From Anaeramoeba ignava BMAN (lineage: Eukaryota > Protista > Anaeramoebae): DNA of 64,000 nt. Where the stretch lies: positions 1 through 64,000 of the forward strand of contig JAPDFW010000006.1 of the NCBI GenBank assembly GCA_028826165.1, in the 5' to 3' direction. Every line of letters begins with the position of its first letter. Within the stretch, counting starts at the first letter, position 1. Positions 53,653 to 64,000 of the stretch are shown here, piece by piece. Below the pieces are notes generated by a model. It was not told where the DNA came from and made no database searches. It worked only from the letters and a program-made list of their open reading frames with translations. A program made the position numbers and the translations under genes.

Positions 53653-56600
53653 TTAGAAAATTGATATTTTTCCAGGAACTAAAGAAGTAGAATCATAACT
53701 TGAAAGAAAAGAAAAAATACAACAATTTCCAAAAATTGGATCAAAATCTTCAAATTCATAAAGAAGAACAGTAGAATGAGGAACTCTTGGAATACAATAT
53801 TTACTTTCAAAAACAACAACATTTTGGGAAGAAGTGATTTGAAGAGAAACTTCATGAGCTTGAGAATTACAACCATCATCTCCATGTTGAACAACATAAT
53901 AAAAACCGGATAATTTTGATTCTTCAAACATAATTTTCAATTCCTTTTGTTCTTGTTTGTATTCCAATGAATTTGTTTTAATAAGTCCTTTTTTTGGAAC
54001 TGCTTTCATTGTGAATTCTTGTTGAATACTTAATTGTTGAGTATTTTCAATTGGAATTTTGTTAAATAATTTAACTCCTGTTATTACAATTCGACCCAAA
54101 TGGAGTTTTGCATTTTTTGCTAATTTATTTGTTTGTCTTTGTTTTTCATTAACAGGAATTGTTAATATTAATGAGACAATTTGGAAAGGTTTTTTCGTTT
54201 CAAATGTATAAACAAAACGTGAAAATGGCTCAATAAATCCAATTTCTGATTCTGATAATTCATTTCCAATTTTATCTTCATTTTCTTTTAAATTTACTTC
54301 TTGATTTGATTTGGATTTGGATTTGTATTTAAGATTTTTATCTAAATCCCAAACACCAATCGGGAAAATATCAGGGAAATTATTTCCACACACAATATCA
54401 ATTTTGGGAACATCAAAAGAATTATATCCAAGTGAATCAACATCCAAATAAATTTTTTTCAGAATTGTTTGAGTTTCCAATGCAATCATAATTTCAACTT
54501 TTTGCTCATTAATTGGAGCATACCAAAATTCATTTTCAAATGAGTTTATATCAAATAAAATTGATTGAATTGGAAGTGAATCTAAATCTGTTGGAACATG
54601 TGATAAAATAAATGCTCTTGGAAATTTTGTTACAATTTCTATATTTTCATTTTCATTTTGATCTTCATTTTGATTTTGATTTTCATTTAATTTTTGATTT
54701 TCATTTTCATTTTCATTTTCTAAAATTTCTTTTCTCATTAAATCAATTCCATTTTCTTTTCCTTCCTTCTTTTCATTCCATGTTTTTTTTTGAAGATCTT
54801 CCATTGTACTTGCGAGAAATTGAATTGATTGTCTTTTTTTTCTTATTCTCGAATTTTTTTTTGATTGGAATATTTTCACTTTTTCATAAATTTTGTTTTG
54901 TTTTTTTAAAATTGATTCACATGAATCACATACTTTAAAAGAAGAATCATCAAAATATTCAAGAATCTTTGTTTTTTTTTTTTTAAAATGAATAAATAAA
55001 AATAAAAATAAATAAAATAAAGATGTTTAAATTTGAAATTATTATTCATACTTTTTGATTAGTTTGAGAAACGCAATTTCCACAAAATAATTTCCCACAA
55101 TATTCACATTGAAAATTAATATTTAAGTCTTGTTTTTCACATTTTCGATTTGCACATTTCCTTTGATTTTTTGAATCAATTTCAGAATATTTATTATATA
55201 ATTCTTGCAATTTTTTTTTAATTTCCTCCTTATTAAATCTTTTAATATGATTTTCCACATCAAATTGTCTCAATTCTTCTTCATCAACTTCACAACAATG
55301 AAGAATTAATCTATTTCTTTCTTTTTTTGTTAATTCAAATGTGTATCTAATTTCCTCCAATTTTAAACAATCTAAAAATGAAATTTGTGATTCTTTGCTT
55401 TTTTTTAAGTGATCTATTTTTTCATTTACTGATTTTTGATAAAATTTCATTTGGATAATTTGGTTTGTTGGTTTCAATTTTGCAAGTTCATCTTTTGCTT
55501 GTTTTTTTCTTTTTTTTTTTGATTTTTTTTTCGCTTCATTTTGATTTTGATTTTGAATTTCAATTTGATTTTGATTTTGATTTTGATTTTTATCAAGAAA
55601 TTGAAAATCATCATTTTTATCAAGAAATTGAAAATCATCATTTTCATCAAATGAAGGCTTATCTTTATTTTGATTTTGATTTTCAATTTGATTTTGATTT
55701 TCAATTTGATTTTCATTTTCAATTTTAATTTGATTTTTATTTTCATTTTCATTTTCATTTTCATTTTCAATTTGATTTTGATTTTTATTTTGATTTTTAT
55801 TTTGATTTTGATTTTCAATTTGATTTTCAATTTGATTTTCAATTTGATTTTCAATTTCATTTTTAATTTCATTTTTAATTTGATTTTCATTTTCATTTTC
55901 ATTTTCATTTTCATTTTCATTTTCATTTTCATTTTCATTTTCGGAATAATTCAAATTTTCATTGTTTTCAATTTTTTCATCAAATAAATCATCTGAAGTA
56001 ATTTGATCTTCACTTTCTGATTCTGAAAGAAAATCATTTGAATCAGTAAATTCAAATTTGGGTTCATCTAAAATTTCATCTTGGTTTTTATTGTGCATTT
56101 TTTCTACATAATCATCTTCAAATTGATTTCTTTCAATATTTAGAAGAGTTTCTTCACTAATTTTTCTGTTTCTAAAAGTATTCAATGTAATCATCTTGAT
56201 TTTCTCTGCATTTGGGTTTTTCTCAAATAAAAAGATGTTATTGAAATAATTTTCAGGATGAACAACTTCTTCAAGATGTTGAATATAATTTTCTGTTTCC
56301 TTTTCTCTCAACTTTTTTTCTGATTGTTTTGGTGATCCAAAATTAGGCATTTTTCCAAAAATATCAATTTTTCCAATCGCTAATTTTTTTGATTCCTTTC
56401 TTTGTATTTGTTCTGAAAATTTTATATAAACCAAACGTTGAATTTTTTGTTTTTTTGTATTATTTGTTTGATTTTCTTTCATAGATTGCGAATAAGAATC
56501 TATTCTATAATATAATTTTGTTCCGTTATTGCATTTTGGAATTGGTTGATGATGATAAACAATATTCATTTTTTTAATATAATTCCCAGTATAAACATCA

Positions 56601-59600
56601 ATAAAAGAAGGATAATGAGCATTTGCTTCATTTCTTATTGTTAAGCATATTTCTGTGATTATAATTGGTTTACTGAGACAGATTTGGATCTAATTATTAT
56701 AGTAATTATCATAAATATTATAAATATTCAAATTTTTTAAATATATTTTTATTTTTCAATATTTAATTGTACATCAATAAAAGGAAGATCAGCTGGAAAA
56801 TAACAAATTGAAAATGGATCATAAAGAATTTGCTCAATATTACCATCAGGATCTGGAAATATTTTTTCATAAGATGGACTACTTAAACACCATGTTGGAT
56901 AATCAGAAACCAATTGAATTTTTTCAAATTCACCTGAATCATTAGTTAAAGAAGTAAAAAACTTTTTCTTTTTCAAACCAAGAAAAAGTTCATATTGAGA
57001 TTGTCTTGTTTTATCATGAGCCACATTTTGATACCTTCTCATTAAAACAATAAGTTTGTTGTTTGGAGCACTTGATAAACTTGTAGAATAGTCTCTAATC
57101 ATTGCTGTATGCATAGCTTGTGAAGATGTATAAAGAAATGATGAAATATCCCCAAGATTCACAAACAGTTTTGCTAAATATTCCAAAATTGAAGAAGAAA
57201 TTAATTCCCGAATTTGCTTTAAATCCATTTTGAAACATTGCCATTTTTGTGAATCTAAATTCTTTGTTAATCCCCATCCTAATCTTCTACACATTTCTGC
57301 TACAACTTGATTTATAATAACTATTTTTTTTTTGAATTTTTTTTGTTAAGCAAAAAATCTTTTTTTTTAATTTGAATTATCAATTATAAATTATACAAAA
57401 AGTTCCTAAATTTGTTCTATCTAAAGAATCTGCACAATTATATCTATGAATTCCTGTTTGTTTTGTAATTGATTTAAAGAAAGCAAATTGTCCATTTGGA
57501 CAAAACACTGAATTTATTTCAAAATTATCAACTTCATTATCATTTTCATTATCATTATCATTTTCATTATCATTTTCATTATCAAGATCAATTTCAATAT
57601 CATTATCATTAAAACCAGTTGAATCAATTAAAATAATTTCTCCAGAATTCAAATCGTAAGTTTGAAAAGATTTATAAACCTTTTCCCATAATTTCTCAAT
57701 TGTTTTTGTTTTTCCTTTTGATTTCAATTTATGATGCCAATCAAAACTAATAATTGAAAGATCACTATCAACGAAATTTTTGACGTACTCAATACCTTTT
57801 TCATAATATTGGCTTAATTGAACTTCAACATCACTTGGTTGAGATTTAAGAAAATTAACGCATGTTATATTTTTGACTTGTAATCTTTCAATTACTCTCT
57901 GAAAATAAACATCTGATAAACTAAATGGATCTTCTTTAATTATAAATTGTGGTTCTGATAATGAACTTTTCAAAGAAGTTTTCCATTTTAAAGGAACAGT
58001 TCCTCTTCTAAATAAATAAGAATACCAACTTGTAATTCCGTTGTTTGTTTTCATCATTATAATATCGCATTCCATTTCATTTCCAGCTTCTGTTATAATT
58101 TAAATTAATATATTTAAATCAATATTTAAATCAATTTTTAAATCAATATTTAAATCAATTTTTAAATCAATATTTTAAATCAATTTTTAAATCAATTTTT
58201 AAATCAATTTTTAAATCAATATTTAAATCAATATTTAAATCAATATTAAATCAATATTTAAATTAATATTTAAATTAATATTTAAATCAATATTTTAATC
58301 AATATTTTAAATTAATATTTAAATTAATATTTAAATCAATTTTTAAATCAATATTTAAATTAATTATTTAAATCAATATTTAAATCAAATATTTAAATCA
58401 ATATTTAAATCAAATATTTAAATCAATATTTAAATCAATATTTTAAATCAATATTTTTAATCAATATTTTAAATCAATATTTTAAATCAATATTTTAAAT
58501 CAATATTTAAATCAATATTTAAATCAATATTTAAATCAATATTTAAATCAATATTTAAATCAATATTTAAATAAATATATTTAAATCAATATTTAAATCA
58601 ATTTTTAAATCAATTTTTAAAATAATATTTAAATCAATATTTTAAATAAATATTTAAATTAATATTTAAATTAATATTTAAATCAATATTTAAATCAATA
58701 TTTAAAATCAATATTTAAATCAATATTTAAATCAATATTTAAATCAATATTTAAAATCAATATTTAAAAAATATTTAAATCAATATTTAAATAAATATTT
58801 AAATCAATTTTTAAATCAATATTTAAATCAATATTTAAATCAAATATATTTAAATCAATATTTAAATCAATATTTAAATCAAATATTTAAATCAATATTT
58901 AAATCAATATTTTAAATCAATATTTAAATCAATATTTAAATCAATATTTAAATCAATATTTAAATCAATATTTAAATCAATATTTAAATCAATATTTAAA
59001 TCAATATTTAAATCAATATTTTTAAATCAATATTTTAAATCAATATTTTAAATCAATTTTTAAATCAATATTTAAATCAATATTTTAAATCAATATATTT
59101 AAATCAATATTTAAATCAATATTTAAATAAATATTTAAATCAATATTTAAATCAATATTTAAATCAATATTTAAATCAAATATTTAAATCAAATATTTAA
59201 ATCAAATATTTAAATCAATATTAAAATCAATATTTAAATCAATATTTTAAATCAATATTTTAAATTAATATTTAAATTAATATTTAAATAAATATTTTAA
59301 ATAAATATTTAATCAATATTTAAATCAATATTTAAATTAATATTTAAATTAATATTTTAAATCAATATTTAAATCAATATTTAAATCAATATTTTTAAAT
59401 CAATATTTAAATCAATATTTAAATCAATATTTAAATCAATATTTAAATCAATATTTAAATCAATATTTAAATTAATATTTAAATTAATATTTAAATCAAT
59501 ATTTAAATCAATATTTAAATTAATATTTTAAATCAATATTTAAATTAATATTTAAATTAATATTTTAAATCAATATTTTAAATCAATATTAAATCAATAT

Positions 59601-61403
59601 TTTTAAATCAATATTTAAATCAATAATTAAATCAATATTTATATGATTCAAACCTCCTTTTTCATTTAATCCTCTTGCATAATATCTTGTTCCTGGATTT
59701 AAATTTGTTTTTTTAGATAATAAAATCATATTCATTTCTTCTTGATTTTTTTTTGATTGATCTCCATTTTGATTTGCTAAAACAAATGAACTTTGAGCAA
59801 ATCCTTGAAGCATAACAATACACCAACGACCTAAACCTAATTCTTCAAAACTTTTTCTGAAAGGAAGATTCCAACAAAAATTTGGATCATAACTAGAATA
59901 ATATTTATTTTAATATTTATTTGAATAATATTATTTTGAATATTATTTATTTGAATATTTATTTTGAATATTTATTTTGAATATTTAATATTTATTTGAA
60001 TATTTATTAATTTGAATATTTATTTTGAATATTTATTTGAATATTTATTTTGAATATTTAATTTGAATATTTATTTTGAATATTTATTTGAATATTTATT
60101 TGAATATTAATTTGAATATTTTTTATTATTTGAATATTATTTATTTTGAATATTTATTAATTTGAATATTTATTTTGAATATTATTTATTTGAATATTTA
60201 TTTGAATATTTTTTATTATTTGAATATTATTTATTATTTGAATATTTATTTTGAATATTATTAATTTGAATATTTATTTATTTGATTATTTATTTTGAAT
60301 ATTTTTTATTTTTACTCTTCAATAGAATAAGGAGATGGGAATGGATGAGTAACATCTAACGTTTCTGAAAAATAATGAAAATTATCTACTAAAAATCCCA
60401 TCATTGTATCAACATTTTTTTGAGTATTTCTTTTTTTGAAAATTTTTTTAAATTTTGATTTTTTTGGATTTTTTTAAATTTATTGTTTACTTATTTTGTG
60501 GTGTAAGATAAGAAAGTGGAACTTTAATCCAATGAGTTGATTCAATTACTGATATTTGATGTCCACCATAAAATTGAGCATTTGGTTGTATCTTTTTAAT
60601 TTTAATTTATATTTTAATTTTAATTTTAGTTTTAATTTTAATTTTAATTTTAAATTTATATTTTTAATTTATATTTTAATTTTAATTTTGATTTTAATTT
60701 AATTTTTAATTTTAATTTGATTTTAATTTTAATTTTAATTTTAAATTTAATTTTTATTTTAATTTTAATTTTAATTTTAATTATAATTTTAATTTTAAAT
60801 TTAATTTTGATTTTAATTTAATTTTAATTTGAATTTTAATTTTAAATTTTAATTTTAATTTGAATTTGATTTTTTCAATCACTTTTGTAGCAATAAGAAT
60901 TAAACCAAGTGAACCAATAACAATATAACCAATTAAAGCATCTGCTCTATATGTTTGTTTAATTATATATTGATTTCGACGAACTAAAAAATCTTGTGCA
61001 CTTTCTTCAGAAGAAAAAAGATCAAATCCTTGAATTCCTGAATATTTTAAAGTTCCTACAATTGGGTCAATAGTTAAAATTTGTGTATCTTTTCTTGTAG
61101 ATAAAGAAGATAAAATAAACTAAAAGAAAATTTTAATTTATTTTAAATGGAAAATTTGTTTTAATTGAAAAAATTTTTTTTTTTTACATATTTATTTGAT
61201 GTAGTTTGAATGACTAAATGAGTTGTTTTTCTTTCTATTTTCCAATTATTCTCTTGATTATTTTCTTTTTGATTTTGATTTCTTTTTTGCTTTTGAATTT
61301 CATTTTCATTTTGATTTTCATTTTCAATTTGAATTTCATTTTCAATTTCATTTTGATTTTGATTTTGATTTTCAATTAAATTTAAATCTTGATTTGGATT
61401 CAT
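53653..61403 (-). CDS. SAC9: SAC9-like phosphoinositide phosphatase with a degenerate FYVE-like zinc finger; 9 exons
   Basis: Exons 61403-61188, 61119-60883, 60591-60491, 60429-60316, 59892-59654, 58089-57397, 57320-56773, 56689-55052 and 54966-53653. SLSTRKDTQILTIDPIVGTLKYSG (SAC9 N-terminus), NPGTRYYARGLN, GNEMEC, RRGTVPLKW, catalytic RYNCADSLDRTN, LYTSSQAMHT, RRYQN. Confidence 0.88.
58100..59640. repeat. 12-nt satellite (TAAATCAATATT) filling SAC9-like intron 59653-58090
   Basis: Continuous tandem array of about 1.5 kb. Confidence 0.95.
59900..60305. repeat. 12-13-nt satellite (TTTGAATATTTA) filling SAC9-like intron 60315-59893
   Basis: Tandem array with a unit different from that of the neighbouring intron. 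Confidence 0.9.
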
Positions 61404-61555
61404 AATAAAAATTTTAAATAAAATTTTTTTGTTTATTTTGTGTTTAAAAAAAAAATGAAAAAAATGAAAAATGAAAAAAATTAAAAAATTATTTTTTCCG
61501 TTTATTTTTTTTTAGTTTTATTAAATGTGTTTATTTGGTAATTGTTGCGGTAAAA

Positions 61556-64000
61556 ATGCAAGGGAAAAGAAAAAGAAAAAGAAAAAAAGAAAGAAGCTCT
61601 TTATATAAAACAAATTAAGAGTTCTATTCAACCAAAAACATCTAAAAAATTTGAACAACTTTTCAAAAAATCCAAATATAAAAGAATAATAATAAAATAT
61701 TTTCTATCTTTCTTAAGATTATCGATTATAAATAATTCACCAGATTGTTTTCAAATTATATTTGAAAATGTTCAAAATCAAAATAAATTTCAACCTCAAT
61801 CAAAATTTGATAATAAAAATATTCTTGCATTTATTTGTAAACAAAAAAGAGTTTCTGTTTGTGAAAAATTTTTGGAAATTACAAAAAATCAAAATATCAC
61901 AGACTTAATTTTTCAAAAAGATCATCAAGGGAAATCAGCTTTATTTTATGCAATGGAATCAACAGAAATGAAAAATATTGTTAGTTATTTATTAAAGAGA
62001 TTAGGAATTATGATAAATTTTCAGGAAAATGAAAATGAAGATGAAAATCAAATTGAAAATCAAATTCAAATTGAAAATCAAAATGAAAATCAAAATCAAA
62101 TTCAAATTGAAAATCAAATTGATAATCAAAATCAAAATCAAATTCAAAATGAAAATCAAATTGAAAATCAAAATCAAAATAATCAAAATCAAATTCAAAT
62201 TGAAAATCAAAATAATCAAAATCAAAATCAAAATAATCAAAATGAAAATCAAAATAATCAAAATAATCAAAATAATCAAAATCTCAAAGATTACATTTAT
62301 GAAATCATAAACACTTCCATTTCTGTTAATAATACTTTCTACTTGAAACAATTTATCAAAGAAAAATATACTTTATTAGGTTTTAATCCAAATCATTATC
62401 CTCCTCTTTATTTTGCTGCTTATCATGATTTACTTAATGAATTTATACTTCTTCGAACAAATAATACACCAGAAATTCAAGTAGGAAATACTTTAATTCC
62501 TGTTTTCCACTTTATTTGCTCAGATGGAGAGATATTAAATTCTTTAATGAAAAATAAGAATTCTACAAAAAATATTCCTTCCAAAAAATCTGATTTAAAA
62601 ATTATTGAATATCTTTATAAAGAGAACAAAGAAGTGATTAATCAAAAATTTAATTCTCAATTACCTTTGCATTTAGCAACTCAATTTGGAAGAGGAGATG
62701 TTATTAAATGGTTAATTTCTCATGAAGCTAATATAAATGATATTGATGATTATCAAAAAAAACCAAAAGATTATATCCAAGAATTTTGGAAAAATTGTGA
62801 AGATATTTCAAATTTTTCAAAAGTAAAAGCCATTTTAAACGATGAACAAGATTATGAAGAAGATGTAAATGATTTTTTAAAAGAAAGGGAAAATAGGGAG
62901 AAAGAATTATCAGAAATCATAAATGAATTACTCCAAAAAGTAATTTTCTTTTTCAAAATTCACAATAATTTCTCAATAGAAAAGAAAAAAAATTATTTTG
63001 GAAATTTATCTAATATTTTTCATCTTATTTTTAATATCATTTAATAGGAGAATATCAACCAATCATTAAAAAATAATCCACAATTCCAAACATTCCAAAA
63101 AATTAGAACAGTAAATTTATAATCATTTATTTTTTTCTTTTGAAAGAAAAAAACTCATTCAATTTAAAACAAAACAATTAATTTTTTTTTTTCAAAAAGG
63201 AATTTCAAGAAAAAGAAACAAATCAAAAAAATAAATTTAATCCATTTTTGGAAGAAATTTTTTCATTCAAATCATTATTTCAAGATAGTTTATATATTCA
63301 AGAAGGAATTTTTGAAACTCAAAACCAAAAACCTCTTTGGTTAATTTGTTCAAAACCAAGAGATGATTTCGAAAATTATTTAGAAACTCTTTCTCAAGTT
63401 AATGAAATAACTGGAATATCAGAATTTGTTGTCTTTTTGTTCATTTCTTCAAATAAGAATTTAAAATCAAATGAAAATTTAGAAAATAATTCAGAAAATA
63501 ATTTAGAAAATAATTTAGAAAATAATTCAGAAAATAATTCAGAAAATAATTCAGAAAATGATTTAAATATTTGTTTAGCTTTTCGGAAAAACAAAACACT
63601 TAAATCATCTAAAACGAAAATTTTTTCAAAAAATTTCAAACAAAAAGTTTGCGAAAAATTAATAGATATTGTTGGTGAATTACATTCCAAAAATATTGTT
63701 TATGGATTTTTGAATCCTCATTCAATTTATCTTGATTTGAAAAATTTTGGAGTTCAATTACAACCATTAATTTTTCCAAAAAACTTTATTGTTCCTGAAT
63801 TTATTCGACTTAATCAAGCAGATTATAAAGCTCCAGAACTCTTAGTCCCGTTTCCTCAGATAAAAGCTTCATCAGATGTTTATTCATTAGGAAAAATATT
63901 TTTGGAACTTTTCTCTAAAATTCCACTTCCTGAAAAAATTGATACTCCTTTTATTAGAGAAGAAGTTCCTAAAAAATTTGTTGATGTTGTTTCTCAATGT
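61556..64000 (+). CDS. Ankyrin-repeat protein with a C-terminal kinase-like (pseudokinase) domain; runs off the window end
   Basis: Exons ~61556-62939 (1-nt frame error in the A-run near 61565-61590), 63048-63110 and 63200->64000. GKSALFYA, PPLYFAA, PLHLATQFGRGDVIKWLISHEANIN (ankyrin). LHSKNIVYGFLNPHSI, YKAPELL, SSDVYSLGKIFLEL (kinase C-lobe). Confidence 0.75.

Overview
Very AT-rich, gene-dense, intron-containing eukaryotic (protist) DNA read with the standard code. The BTB-BACK-TLDc gene, the NQ/NE dipeptide tracts and the satellite-rich introns suggest an Anaeramoeba-like metamonad, but this is inference and not shown by the sequence. About 15 genes can be built by hand: TIPIN/Csm3, a class II DYRK kinase, an F-box/multi-TM protein, Pescadillo, CLASP, a DUSP23-like phosphatase, a bacterial-type GAF protein, a C2-C2-Q/N-rich-WW protein, VPS29, BTB-TLDc, CTF4/WDHD1, a SAC9-like phosphoinositide phosphatase, an ankyrin-pseudokinase and two very large membrane proteins. 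The first of these is a single-pass receptor (beta-helix, Cys-rich region, 12 FN3 repeats, TM, cytoplasmic RasGAP), architecturally analogous to a plexin. The second is a STRA6-like polytopic protein with a long ectodomain of invasin/Ig-like repeats. Many introns are expanded by private 6/12/24-nt satellites, many acceptors follow A-runs rather than polypyrimidine tracts, and tandem TCATT (Inr-like) motifs precede most start codons. The first ~10 kb and scattered homopolymers carry frame breaks that look like consensus errors. Domain calls are by-eye motif recognition; no searches were run.
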